Shown here one piece after another: positions 25,050-37,359 of a DNA stretch of 64,000 nt. Source of the DNA: Raillietiella orientalis (taxonomy: Eukaryota); the NCBI GenBank assembly GCA_036172245.1, contig JAYWIR010000009.1, forward strand, positions 5,022,001 to 5,086,000. The letters run 5' to 3'. The stretch's first letter is position 1. Each line of letters begins with the position of its first letter. Under the pieces are notes generated by a model, which ran no database searches, had not been told where the DNA came from, and worked only from the letters and a program-made list of their open reading frames with translations. A program made the translations under genes and the position numbers.

Positions 25050-26300
25050 GGAAGAAGTCCCTACAAAGTACTTAAAATGATGAATGATGATGGAAATCCT
25101 TTCTTTTGTGTCTTCGCAGCTCTTCGACACGGTTCCACGCCACCCGAGGGTGGGTAATTCTTCAAGATAGGGGGTACCCTGGGAGGAGTACACACTATGA
25201 ATCCAGGAAGGATTCGGAGCCTGTTCCTCTCACGCTTGGGGAGGAATCTCCAAAAATAGAGATCACCTTCATCCTGGTTGTCTCCGAAGGGGAATCCAGA
25301 GGGAATCCTCCTTCCTTATTCTCTCCCGAGGGACCCCCGGGGAGGTCCGCTCTATTCTTCCTACTCTGAAGGGAACCCAGAAACGATCCGCGCCTGGAAT
25401 TTCTTCTGCGGAGTCATCCTCCGCAAGGGACCGCCCTGCTTTTACTCCTCTGAAGTAAACCCAGAAGGGACGCTTCCGAAATTCAGAAGGACGCAGCTTC
25501 CCCGAAGGGATCGGCTCGCTTCTCTGCACTCTCTGGAGAGGTGGTGGCGACACACCTACCCCATCAGTACGACGCGGAGGGTCCTCCCTGAATATGGGGT
25601 CCGCTCCTTCACAGCCATAGGGAACTCCCACTCCTTGATTCCTGGGAGTACCCGGAGGCCGACTGCCATTTGTGCCGGCCCTCATCGGGGGCATCCGGTT
25701 TGAACTGCTCCCAGTGCCGCACCCGGATGAATGTAGGCCAACCAGCGTCATCATCATCTGGAGTGAACTCGGAACCCACGACTCACTGCGTCGATTCACT
25801 TCGAAGTTTCCGAACCTCGCGAAGCATGGTGGTGCCACGCGCGGAGACCAACGTAACCAAACGGCCTCTGAGGCGGTCTTCCAGGCAAATGACTTCTATC
25901 TTGCTGCCGTGGTCAAAATTCTGTTTCATCCTGAGGATCAGATCCTTTTAGACCTGGAACTTCGTGCAAGGAGCATGCACGAATCTTGCAATTCCTCAGT
26001 TCTGGCAGCAGCAACCCTCCCAGTACTGGCAGACAAGGAAATCTGCTGCCAGGATGTTGCGCAACATAAGGGCGAGGGTCTCTGGAGATCAGTAACACCT
26101 TCTCAATTTGCGCACCCTCCACATAGAACTTCATTTCATTCTTCGTACTCCTCACCTTCTCACTGTACACCTTTCGAACTTTTCTTCCTGGTTCTGCTGC
26201 GGCGAACTCCGCGCTTTCTCTACACATGGCTTGTCCATGTTTACTTGCTTTCAAATAAACGCTCCAGATTCCCTCCTGGCTGACAACATGAAGCGACATC
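25050..26300 (-). pseudogene. Possible narna-like RNA virus RdRp C-terminal region (EVE)
   Basis: RFPCLPVLGGLLLP resembles the narnavirus PxxLGGLG motif. The sequence is GC-rich and hairpin-prone (e.g. minus-strand TCCC-TTCG-GGGA near 25500). Confidence 0.3.
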
Positions 26301-26733
26301 AAGACCAACGGGAAGGAACACGTACCAAAGTGGCAGGGGTGCCATCAGTCCACAAATGCAGGTTTTGCAAAAACGCTTGATCGTTCGGGAGGGAATCTTT
26401 GAAGAGAATTCGTTTGAAGATGATATTTCCAATCATCAAATTTGGATGGTGAAGCACGAATAGTGTCTGTTTAATCATATATAGCATCCCATCTTTTTTT
26501 ATCTCTGCGAAATCCTCAATTAATTCCGATACATCGATTTCGTGTCCCACTGAAGTAACAGATAATGTCCAATCCGTCGTTCTTGAGTCATTGACGAGGG
26601 CGTCTTTCTCTGGATAAGCTTCAGTGCAGGGATACACTTCCCCAGGAAGAGGGAGTAAGTTTCCCCGAGAAGGAGCAAGTTTTGTTCTCAGCGCCGTATA
26701 AACGTCGAGTGCCACGTGTTTTTGCATATCCAT
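26299..26733 (-). other. Unidentified protein-like open fragment (144 aa), probably viral
   Basis: Uninterrupted frame with globular composition, on the same strand as neighbouring EVEs; no motif recognised. Confidence 0.3.
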
Positions 26734-29717
26734 TGCAAGATTGCAGTGATCCGTGTGCTGCTGCTCCCTACCACTCGCCGCACCCCGTGGGTGCCTTCGG
26801 AAGGCCTAGGAAGAAAAAGTTCCCAAGCAACGTGTACAGATTGTCTGATCTGTCCACTCGAGTGGCGTTTCTCGGAAGGCTTCCCACTTTTGGCAGCCAT
26901 TACACTTGGCGGTTACGTGGACTGCGCAGAACCGACGTTGCGTGCTTCACGTGTTGAAGTGCTTTTGCCAGAGCAGGAGAATTTGCGGTCCCGTGGTCTT
27001 CATGGGAAGACGTGACGTCACACGCGCAAAATGAGGCATCTCTATGGTGTTGGCATGGCTTCCTTCTGGCAAGGAGACGGTTTCCCGCTTGAATGCCATG
27101 GATCCTTTGGCAGGAGGCCGCGAAGGTGCGGAGATGAGAAACAGACGAAGCGGCAGCATCCGTCCTTGGTTTTGTGCGCAGCTTCCCCAAGAGAATGAGG
27201 CACACGCTGACGGAGAACCGAAGTGGTCCAATCAGCATCCTCAGAGGCATCAGGAGGCGACGCGTTTGCGGCGCAGCATGTGAGAGGGTGTGGGTGGGGC
27301 AGTGTTGGTGGCGGTGCGGTGGTGGAGCGAAGTGCTTCTCTGCTGGAGGTGCACCATCGTTCTTGTGCCTGGAAAATTGAGTTAGAGAGAGAGAGACAGA
27401 GATGAGGTTCAACTGCCACTACGTAATCTCATCATGTTCCTCATTTTGAAACGAATCGGTAGGATCAGCAAGTGCGCTCTTACGCCATACTTGTTAATCC
27501 AACAATGCATATGCATTGTTTAGTTGGTTACCAAGGGGATCACTCGATTCGGTGCCTTTGATTCGTATCGCTGGAAAGACTGTGCTCCCAGGATAGGGTG
27601 TTTCAGTCTAGGAGTTTCATGCCACGGATTCGGTCACTTCTAACACATTTCTGGATGAGATGCGAGGTACAGGTAATCTTTTCCTCCGATCCTGCAATAA
27701 CCTTATCATGTATCTGAACATCATCGTCTTATTGTGATAGCTGCCCGAAAATACCAAAGCTTATGGGGTGTTCTGCAAGGTGCTTCAGAGTTTATCGTCC
27801 TTCGTGAAGTGCATAGATAATGGGATTCTAATAATTTCTAGCAGACTTTTTTTTTCTTCAGATTGTAGAGTTCATTTCATTTTTTTGCCACGTGGCAGGT
27901 TTTAGCCTTAGTTTGTAAAGGAATCATGCGTTACTACATTATATTTGAAATATGTATCTGTAAAATTATGAAGGCTGTGGTCACAAAAAATCCATGCAAA
28001 ATTCAGTGCAACGCAGAATTTTTGTGTGTTTTCATGAGACGGTAGTGAATGGTTGTTAATATTTTGAGGTCAGTAAAATAGTTTTTTTGCTGGTTTTCCG
28101 TTTTGTGGCTTCCAGATTGTTTCAGTGCATTTTGATAAAATCAAATATAGAAAAGAAATAAAATACCAAAACAATTAAGATTGCATTACCCGAAGATTTG
28201 GGAAAGCGAGAAATTCTCTTGATGTGGAGACTTTGTTCTTTCTTGAATAGAAAGGCCTTGCAGAGTTGGAAGTAGGGTTATACATAGTATTTAAACAGCA
28301 AATACAAATAGACAAGAGCAAAAAAAATAAGGTTAACATAATGGGAAAGTGAATTGCTTAGTTAACTCTATACAGACTGGGCACTAATGTGTTCTGTGAA
28401 ATTCTAATATGGAATTGGTGATATCGAGACTGCATTTTCAGTTTGAAAATTAAATATTCCTTATTGAAATTGATAACACTCAAGTTTTTCTATAAGTTAT
28501 GATTTTGATGATTTCTTTGATAATTGCATTGTTCTGATTCTGCTGTTTCCGCTTCTCTCTTGATAGTTTGAAAACAAGAGAGTAGTAGTAGAGTTTTCCA
28601 GGATTGCATCTTTCAGTCTGAGCATTTTTGCTGTGCTGTTAGTTTGGATTGGAGTGTGATGCACTGAAGTGTACTGTGACATTATTGCATGAAAAAAATT
28701 CCAAAATGCAACTGTGTTATTTATAAAAAATCTTGAAAATAGATTTAAAATATTCTTCGATTTATATTAAATCCCAAATATTTTTTATAACTTTTTATTC
28801 ATTTTTATTCATTCCTGATACTTGTTTAAATTATTCTCATGACTGCAGTTATTGAATGTTTGGAGCTAAATCAAAGTCTTTTGGTCTTAAAGTGGATTCT
28901 CTTTAATGTGATGTGTTATCCATCTTGATTTATAATTTTTCCTTTTTTGAGGTTTGTGACATATATTGCACTGAAAGTTGACTGTACATAAATTTCCATA
29001 CAGCAAAGCCAAAATTTTTCTTTTTTTCCTTTTTCTCTTTTTTTTTTCATTTTTGGAAATATGTTACCTACCAAACTCACTGAACTACAAATTCTTTTCT
29101 TTGTTAGTATCCTGTTTGTAGGGAATAATACAAGCCTTACAGGTGAGTGAGACAATTACAAGACTCCTGTGAGGCAGTATGGGATTACAAAAGAAAAGCA
29201 AATTTGATACGGTAGTGCAAAATAAAGCAAAAATTTCCTGGGATTTATTCTTTGGAGGATATCTGGTTCCATGGCTATTTCATGTGTGTGAAGGAACTTG
29301 CAACAGTGTTAGAGTCTACTACGAGTTGTTATTTTCCCTTTTTAAATGGCATTTGCACATGATTATTATATGTTAACTTGCTAGTGCTTACATCATCAAA
29401 TCTTGTCACTCTCAATCTTCTTAGCAACTCCGTGATGCACTTACATTGTGGAGCATCTGGTGACCACACTAAATTAAGTGGACATTCACGTTTGTGTGTG
29501 TGTGTGTTTTTCATACTCGTGATTTCTTTTATGGCCTGGTGATGTAGTTCTGTATAGTTGTCTTTACTTTCGTTGGATCAGTACTGAGCAGACTACTGAA
29601 ATGAGTATGTACTGCCTGACCGGGCATCTTATGTATTTTTTAGGCTTTCATTGATAGTTTTTTATCACACAAGACTTAGGAGACGAAGGAATGAAAGCCA
29701 AAGTCAGGAATCTTAAA

Positions 29718-30235
29718 ATGAGAACTTATTTTGAAGTGCTGAGGCAGCCTTCATGACATCTGATGAAAGAGTCCAATTTTTATCAAATATCCCCCATTTG
29801 CTAATGTAACTTATTCAATTGGGTATATAATTATTTGCTTGGCCAGCATCAGAATGGACACGGATCTTTGAAACTAGTTCTCTGTTAGGAGGAATTCTAT
29901 TAGGGCTTCCAGAACTGTTTGAGGTGGAACTGTTTGAGACAGGATATATGGACACATCTCACAAGTAAGCCAGGGAAAAGATAAAGACACTCTGGACAAG
30001 GTTATTGCATCTTTGCCTTTACCTGGATTACTCACTAACTTGTACACCCTAATCAACTTTTCTGTTTTCTTGAGTCCATTCTCACTTATTTTTTCTTTAA
30101 TATTATTCAAATTATTTCTTCTTTCAAGTGCTAACATAATCATTGTTAGTACATCTTCCCTCATGTTTTCGAGGGCAGATTCTGAAATTAAATGCCATAT
30201 TTTAATGGCCATCCTTTTGGTCTCGTTAGTTTATT
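29718..30235 (-). pseudogene. Phenuiviridae (phlebovirus-like) nucleocapsid EVE
   Basis: DVLTMIMLALERRNN...ISENG...LIRVYKLVSNPGKGKDAITLSRVSLSFPWLTC, matching phlebovirus N (MIVLALTRGN...YKL..GNP...TLSRV). Confidence 0.8.
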
Positions 30236-30239
30236 GGTC

Positions 30240-30925
30240 AACTTCGTCAAAAAAGGGGGACAATGTGCTGGTGGAGGAGGAGGCAGGAGATTGTGAATCT
30301 GGCTCTGGTCTTGGGCTTGAAGAGACAGTCCACGGGAGAATGTCTCCTTTTTTCCAGTCGGTTTTTTTGCTTAGGGAGGCGATGTTGTGGACGATCCATC
30401 TGTCGTTGGATAGTTTGGAGTAGTCGGGTTTTCATTTGACGAAGACTATTATGTGTGGTGGTTGGAAATATTTGATCGATCCTTGGTATTTTGAGTCGAA
30501 GATTATGCCATTTTTTAAGCTTTCTATAAAGCCGTACTGGACGTGCTCCTGGTTATCCTTGGTGAAGTCTACGACGATGATTCTTTCTCCATTGTAGATG
30601 TGTGCTGCATCGGCTTTTTTGCAGCTATGCATGTAAATGGCTGTCTTTTTTAAGAAATTTCGCCTTCGTTGTTTTCCCTGTGTTGCCAATGGTGTCGTAG
30701 TACCAGTGTATTTTCCTGTGGTTTGGTTGATGTCGGATGAGATCTAGAATGCGTAGTTGCCATTCTCTTAGCTGAAGGTTGGCGAGAGGATTGGGATGTG
30801 TTCTTGCTCTTGATAAGCGAAAGCATTCTTTAATAAAATTTATATTTTTGGCGTAGAAGTGGGTATGGTTTTTAAGTATGTAGAGTTCATCGGCTCCGTT
30901 TTCTATTAATTGTAGTATCTGAAAG
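30240..30925 (-). pseudogene. rep: CRESS Rep helicase half (EVE)
   Basis: LREWQ...RKIHWYYDTIGNTGKT (Walker A), IIVVD (Walker B), ESLKNGIIFDSKY, PPHIIVF, LSNDRW. Confidence 0.9.
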
Positions 30926-30929
30926 GAAA

Positions 30930-31143
30930 TGATGTAGAGATTAATAAAGTGTTTAGTAAGCTAACTTGTTCTTCGTATGATTTGGCTTCTTCTGCTTGTT
31001 CGGAGTTTGGGTTCAAATCCTTCATAGACAAAGTCATTAATATTTTGTCTAATGAAGTGTTATATTTTGTCGTCATTAAACACTTGAGTGAACTGGATTT
31101 CTCTAGTTATACGGTCTACATCTTCAATGCTTAGCTTTTCCAT
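30930..31143 (-). pseudogene. Phenuivirus-like nucleocapsid N-terminus (EVE)
   Basis: ATG at 31143 gives MEKLSIEDVDRITREIQF...NINDFVYEGFEP, resembling EFAYQGFD. Confidence 0.55.
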
Positions 31144-31249
31144 GGTGTAAATTTTTCTAAAATTCAGTTATATTAACTGAGAGGTTTTTGTGCTGCGAAA
31201 GAGAGGGGAGATCCTTTTGCATGTTCGAGTTCCGATCTTGTGAATGAGA

Positions 31250-31530
31250 GTCTTGGGAGTCTTGGCAACGTATTGGAGTGGGTGTCGAGGTCGACGATGA
31301 TCCATCGGTCATAGCCGAGTTCGGACAAATGAGGCTCCCAGTTTGCGAGTACGATGACATGGGGAGTGACGTAGTACTTAATGGAACCTTGGAATTTTGG
31401 GTCAAAGGGTATTCCGTTTTCAAGGGACTCGATGAACCCGTGAACGAGTTATTTAGCGTCCCTCGTGAAGTCGATGATGGTAGGTTCGCCGTTGTACAAG
31501 TGAGCGGCATCTGCTTTTTTCAGCACTGCA
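31250..31530 (-). pseudogene. rep: CRESS Rep C-terminal fragment (EVE)
   Basis: KKADAAHLYNGEPTIIDFTRD..GFIESLENGIPFDPKFQGSIKYYVTPHVIVLANWEP..DRWII. Confidence 0.85.
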
Positions 31531-31699
31531 TTCAGCCTTGATTAGATCTGGAAGCCTTCAAGGCTTCCAGACCTAATCGCTGGTGTAATGCGACCTCGTG
31601 GGGGAATTAGATAAGTCGGATGGACGACGCCCACCAGCTGTGTAGTCTGAAGGGGTGAGGGGATATGGAAAAAATGGCAGTAGGCTGTCAACCAGCCGA

Positions 31700-31864
31700 A
31701 TGGCAGCTCCTACGCGAGTTCGCTTTCTCAAGCGGAAGTCTGGAGGTGTTTTGTATGCAGCAAAGAGACGTCGGTTAGGTTTGCGAGGTTATAGTACGTT
31801 TAAGAGAAGGCGAAGGTATAATGTAAAGCGTCGTAGTTTGAGGATCTACCGAAATCCGTGGTGA
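31700..31864 (+). pseudogene. cap: CRESS capsid Arg-rich N-terminus (EVE)
   Basis: MAAPTRVRFLKRK...KRRRLGLRGYSTFKRRRRYNVKRRSLRIYRNP. Confidence 0.6.
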
Positions 31865-31876
31865 AGTATGGAAAAG

Positions 31877-32696
31877 TCAAAAGGACTCACTCTGTATTGA
31901 ACTTCCAAATAGCTGCCCTGACTGTTGATTCACCATCATCGCGCTTAAGAAAGCGTCAATGGAAGCAAAGTCTGGGTGGAAGGAGACCACTGTACTTGAA
32001 CTAACGCTGATGATCGCGTTAACCGTCTTCTCCATAGATTGCCGAGCACTCACTAGCCATGAGGGCGTACCGTTCACGAGAGAACTCTGAGTCCCAGTTC
32101 GTATAACGTCCCGCAATTCTAGGACCTTTACAAACCTAGCAAAGTTTCGCAGGTCCTGGCTTTTCGGATGTCGGGCGTCTTCCTGATCCTTATCTGTCAA
32201 AGGATCTTCGGGTCGAGGAAAGACTGTGCTACGGCCTTGATTCATTGTCACCACGCCGTAGATGTTTATGATAGTAGCTACACACATGGGCATCGTGTAT
32301 TCGGTAAAGAAGGGGATGCGGCTTGGTACTCTTATACCAGTGTATTTCTGATACACCGTCTGCAGCCTGCAAATATAAAGCTCTCTGCATACAAGCAGAA
32401 ACTTTTCACGGCTTATTAGTTCGCTGTATATTGAGCCACCTTCGTACATAACACTGACAAGAGTGTCATAAACGATTGAAAAGAATGGTTGAGCATTCGA
32501 CCACAATGGGACAATCTCTTCTGAGATTCCAATCGGGTTCGGGCCAATCAATTGCTTGGCGGCCTTTTCAATATAATCACTCTCGTGCTTTAGGCACTGA
32601 ATATGAGGTCACTCTAGAGGTGGTGCGTAAGGCGTGGGTCCTGATGCTTCTGCGTCTGGCTCCTCGCTTGTTCGCTGCTATTGCAGTCTGTTCCAT
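31877..32696 (-). pseudogene. Partiti-like dsRNA virus capsid protein EVE
   Basis: 224-aa open frame (CRELYICRLQTVY..YTGIRVPSRI...MPMCVATIINIYG) that resembles arthropod partiti-like capsids as I recall them. Upstream ATG at 32696. Confidence 0.5.
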
Positions 32697-32832
32697 CTCC
32701 ATCAGGGATTATCACTATGGATAATAATTATTAAACCGTTAACCTTTATATTCGGTCATATTAATAAGAATCTTAAGTTGGGCCGTGCTAATATCGCATA
32801 TAAGCTCGCACAATTGGCACCTTACTACCTAA

Positions 32833-33660
32833 CTAGGGAGCATTCGCTCCTAAGTTTCTGGTCTTAAATTCTTTGGAATATAGAGGAACGCAGGATGCGC
32901 TCCTTTTATTCTCCAGATCAGCCAACAAATGGAACGCAGCCTTAACCTCATCTTCGGAGAAATCCTCCCCCATTCTCTTCCGTTGGAGGTCATCCGTCTT
33001 TTTTCCTAAGTGTCTCATGAAGACATTCTGATTTGAAAGGCACAATTGTTGACCTTGGAAGTGTCCCGTGTAAATGCCTTTGAAAGGCATCCACGATGTC
33101 TTCTTCCGTTGTTTGTCGACGATAGCCGCCATATTGGATGCAGAAGATATCCGTTGCTAGATTCTTCTTTTCCAGTACACCGACTTCCCCTTGAACATTT
33201 CGGAAGACGTACCGACTCTCGTACTGTTCGTAGTACCTTGAGAGTGAGTGATCTTGGGTGTTTAGCTCTCGGTACGCCTCCTGCCTCAACCTCTTATCCC
33301 CGAATTGCATATTGCAGAATGAATGGACCCTATACTTCACGATATGCCAGTCGGCAACTCAGCGGATAGTGACATCTCGAAGAATCGCCTCGATGACTTC
33401 CTGGTGGCATGGAAGCGTCTCGAACCAGGCGGGCATGCAGACCTGGTAGCCTTATTTCGCCGAGAATTCTCCGCTCGGAGGGAGAACCACACCAACGGGT
33501 GATCGGACAGGAAATTTCTCATGTCAGGAAATACTTGTATGAGGTTCTCGATTTCCGAACTGTGCAGGACATGGTCGATCAGCTTGCGGCTAGCTGTTCT
33601 CCACTGAAGTCCGAAATCATCGGACAGCTGCCGATACGCCGTCCTACCTCTAGGGTTCTG
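32833..33660 (-). pseudogene. Orthomyxovirus-like nucleoprotein fragment (EVE)
   Basis: Across frameshifts it reads VCMPAWF...EAYRELNTQDHSL...VQGEVGVLE, in the order of NP motifs (SCLPA / FRLLQNSQVYSL / EDLRVL). The match is weak. Confidence 0.35.
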
Positions 33661-33664
33661 GGAT

Positions 33665-34085
33665 TTGGCCCGTGATATATCGAGCGCCGATACGGTGATG
33701 TATCGAGATTAGCATGATATTAGCATAAGCCTCTCCAAGGAATGCCATGTTCTCGATTGATGGGCAATTTGCGGTCTGTGTCCAGTCAAGTAGTCTCTTA
33801 AAAGCTTGGTAAGCTACTTGGTAAGGTCCCCAATTTAGGAGTCTTTTGAAGGCCTGATACGCCACAGCATGGCGATGTGTACGTAGTGCAATCTCAATAA
33901 GTGCATCTTGTGACACAGTGATGGGCTTGGGAGGATCACCTATTGTTCCTAGACCAACTGATCTCATTATGGCAAGAAACCCAGCAAGTTCCAGGACACG
34001 CAGTGTACTGCAAAAGTGCCCCAGGGTGTGCGCAATGTCTATACCCTTTTCCTCGGGTACTGCAACTTGCGACGCATTTTGCGTC
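33665..34085 (-). pseudogene. Second qinvirus-like nucleoprotein EVE, chimeric between two strains
   Basis: IAHTLGHFCST..THRHAVAYQAFKRLL..CP..IGARYITG aligns with 3399-4570 (LAHQMEHYIST..THRHTVGFQAFRKL..CP..QAKYLTG). Confidence 0.7.
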
Positions 34086-34089
34086 TCAG

Positions 34090-34749
34090 CGTACGGTTGA
34101 TGGGGATTATGTAAATTGTTCGTTCATGTTTTCGTATGTGGAACATGTGGATAGTTTGGCGAATTTATCGAAATCTTTGAATTTGGAGCAATACGCGAGA
34201 TATGATCTTTATGTGAAGTCGAAGGGCTGCGCAACAAAGGTGGAGCCATTGTCTCTTGGTTTGACTATTGGAAACATGACTGAAGAGTTCGGAATGAAAG
34301 TGTCGTATAGGAATATGTTGTTGTATCAGCCTGCGGCGCAGGGAGAGCATTTTGGTTCAATGCGGGGTTATGCCTATGAACATATACTGAGTAGAATAGC
34401 GGGACTTGAGGAAACTTCAGGATGTTTGTGTCGTTATTTTATAGTGCGTGGTATAAGGTTGTATTCGAAAGGATACGTGTTGAAGAAAGTTAGTGTCGAT
34501 GGTGTAATATTGGATCGATGTGCAAAATGTCCGTGGGTGGATTGTGGGGAGGCTGGTGGACTAGATCCGCCTCGGATAGGTTTTGGTCGTATGCATGTTG
34601 TAAAGCATATTCCGGGTGATCTGAAAAATGGTTGTTCGAGTGGTGTGTTACCAAAGCAAGGGACAATGATGAAAGGTTATCCTATATTTAGAGTAACGAG
34701 AAAGTTTTATGTGGTATTTAAACATCTGAGAGATGTCTGGTTGTACTAA
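34090..34749 (+). pseudogene. cap: CRESS capsid C-terminal ~220 aa (EVE, frame open)
   Basis: PWVD...FRVTRKFYVVFKHL end, followed by AATAAA, converging on the Rep stop at 34830. Confidence 0.65.
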
Positions 34750-34829
34750 TGAAAATAAATATGATATAAAAAATGCTTTTATCGATTGACTTTATCATAT
34801 GAGGTGGAGGGTGGTGATAGGGTGGATAT

Positions 34830-35385
34830 TCAAGAGGAAGAAGGCGAGTCAGGGGCTTCTGTTCTAGAGCTTGAAGAAGAAGGCCATGGGAGAATGGTTC
34901 CTTCTTTAGAAAGTTGCCAACTTGTCTTCTTGCTAAGTGTGGACGAACCAATGTTGTGTACAATCCATCTGTCTGTTGAAAGTTTGTAGAAATCTGGTTC
35001 CCAATTAGCGAAAACGATTATATGTGGAGGCTGAAAATATTTTAAGCTTCCTTGATACTTGGAATCGAATATGATTCCGTTTTTTAAACTTTCTATGAAG
35101 CCGTATTGTACGTGTTCCATGTTTGTCGTAAAATCAACTGCGATGATGCGCTCTCCATTATATAGGTGTGCGGCATCTGCTTTCTTGCAGGAATGCATAT
35201 AGATTGCTTTTTTTTTCAGGAATGGAAGAGGAATTTTGCCATTGTAGTTTTGCCAGTGTATCGTAGTACCAATGGATTTTTCGGTTGCTGGGTTTGTGGC
35301 GGATGATATCCAAGATGTCCATTTGCCATTGTTTGAGTCGAGGTCCTGCGATTGGGTTGGGGTGTTGACGCGTGCGTGACAAGTG
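34830..35385 (-). pseudogene. rep: CRESS Rep helicase half (EVE)
   Basis: LKQWQ..RKIHWYYD..IIAVD..ESLKNGIIFDSKYQGSLKYFQPPHIIVFANWEPDFYKLSTDRW. Confidence 0.9.
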
Positions 35386-35797
35386 GAAGTCTTTTTAATA
35401 TCCTCAGAATTAAGTTCTATGAAATTTGGCTGAACCCCAGAATTTCTAAATGCTTCAGTAAAGTTTCGATTCTTGTGACAGTAAGATTGTCCTAAAATAT
35501 TAGCAATTATATTCCAATAAGCTCCTAACTATATGACTTTATTCGAGTGAATTGGGTCATCCGGGTAAAATCTAGATAATGTTTTAGCCAACCCTGCTCC
35601 TCTCCCTTTAACAGAGGTAACTTCATTAGAAACTAAATAAATATCTATAACTGGTCTATCTAATTCTAATAATGGTGTAGATGTTCCTACATGAGATCAT
35701 GAACCAGTAGTCTTGCTAATCCCTTTAAATGACCAGTAGTTTGAGGGATATTTAGTCCTTCTATTTGCATTTTCTAGAAAGATTACTCATTTTAACT

Positions 35798-36501
35798 TTA
35801 TAGGGATACAATGCCCAAATCAGATAAATGTACCATAGGATTGTTAAATCCATAAGAATGTAATTCACATATCTTAGCAGGATATACAGCTATTATCCTA
35901 GGTAAAGTGATGGTAGATCCTTTTATGGCTGCGCCGGGCTTCCTAATGGCTATGTCAATATTGCATTTTTGACATAGCCAACCCAATACTGTCTGTATTT
36001 CTAGTGAACTTTTGTCACTAATCTTTACAATTGATGAGCCACGGGTTGCAAATAGAGATAGAAGTTCAATATCGGTAATAATATCTTCCTTATTACTATA
36101 TACAATTTCCATCTCTTCTCCATTAATCATAGTTTTCCAACTGACTGATCCAGTTGTCCATGAGTTTTATAATCTTGTTCATTCTTAATCATTAAAGCCC
36201 CAATTCTAATAGGGTCAAATCCTTGATACCTCATCATATCTGTGAGGATCTGCAGCCTACCATTGTCTAGGATTTTCTTTCTATCAATAACATCTTGAGG
36301 AAAATCCTGAATGTAGGCCTCATTCTTGTTCTTAAGAAATCCAATAAATCTATCCCAATAATGGTACACATTGGGATCAGGAATATGGTTCACTCTCTGA
36401 ATGTGTCCAACTGGACGACTAGGTCCAGGCTTGGGATCCTCAATATCCTCATTAGGTGTGCCTGTGCGACTTCTCTTCCCACCTTGTGCACCACCTGCCA
36501 T
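35798..36501 (-). pseudogene. Bunyavirus (Tenui_N/phenuivirus-like) nucleocapsid EVE, N-terminal two thirds
   Basis: MRYQGFDP...LFATRGSSIVKISDKS...ITLPRIIAVYP, with one frameshift near 36128. Confidence 0.7.
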
Positions 36502-36559
36502 TCCTGATATACTAAGAATAAAAGGTTATATAGAATATTAAAGTTAAAACATTTTCTTC

Positions 36560-36790
36560 TTAATGTAAGAGCCATTTGAAGGTCAGGGGAACAGTGGGAT
36601 TTTCTTCGAACAGCATCCATCAGGGTTTGAAGGGCGAGGGAGGAGATAGTACCATCGGAACAACAAGGAAGTTTGAAAGCCGACTCAATTAACATGATAC
36701 GAGCTTCTTCAGAAAGGGCCATAACTCCAAGACAGCCATACAGATATTCGGTGGACGAGGCTTGGGTAAGGGGAAAAATGTGTTGCGAAA
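36560..36790 (-). mobile_element. Utopia/NeSL-like RLE non-LTR retrotransposon fragment (post-RT region)
   Basis: LPQASSTEYLYGCLGVMALSEEARIMLIESAFKL. Confidence 0.6.
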
Positions 36791-36804
36791 ATCATTTTTT
36801 CTAA

Positions 36805-37350
36805 TTTCGACCTTTCGGGCATCTACGGAAGAGATGTCCGGATGCAACGTGCTTAACCTGCGGCGAAAAGGGCCACACTAGCGTTGTGTGCCCTAAGAAC
36901 GTCGCTACACCGCCAGAGAACCCGGAAAATAAAAAGGGGGAGAAGGCGGAAGAAAAAAATAAAAATAAACAAGCAGAGGACCAACTACCAGCTAAAAAGG
37001 CAGTCGTACAGCCTAGCACGGAATCGCAAGAAACGATTCCTCAATAGGCAGTCGACGAGGGTGGATGGAAGCTGGTTCCAATCAAAATCAAAACCCCCAA
37101 AAAGAAAACTCGAAAATTCCGAATAGATCCACGAAGCCGAAGGTGAAATCTTCGCCGCGCGATGCTAAGAAGGAATAACGCGTTACGATGGAGCGCGTGC
37201 CGTCTATGGAACTTCAAGCAGCCGCTCAAGGCTGTCAAGAAGGCTGTGAGGCGGCCGGCGGAAGCCAAAGGCCCGGAAACATCCGACTCCGAAGCGGAAG
37301 TCGGAAGCGCTCCCTCCATCGCCCTCCCGAAAAGGAAGCCGGGACGGAAT
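36805..37350 (+). mobile_element. L1/Tx1 ORF1 fragment with zinc knuckle
   Basis: GHLRKRC..CLTCGEKGHTSVVC. KKAVRRPAEAKGPETSDSEAE matches the ORF1 ends at 59221-59661 and 63524-63898. Confidence 0.8.
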
Positions 37351-37359
37351 AATAAGCCA

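Noticed and set aside
26760..27400. Host exon on the minus strand (acceptor TTTTCCAG at ~27369)
   Set aside because: The splice signal is plausible, but no coherent recognisable reading frame follows.
31585..31600. Second CRESS origin (minus-strand TCGCATTAC upstream of cap)
   Set aside because: The flanking stem is only about 3 bp, which is too weak.
33943..34749. 268-aa ORF as one protein
   Set aside because: The first ~48 codons are the antisense of the qin-like N fragment; only the remainder looks like capsid.
35400..35790. Mononegavirus or chuvirus L fragment
   Set aside because: It has viral-like composition but no secure motif.
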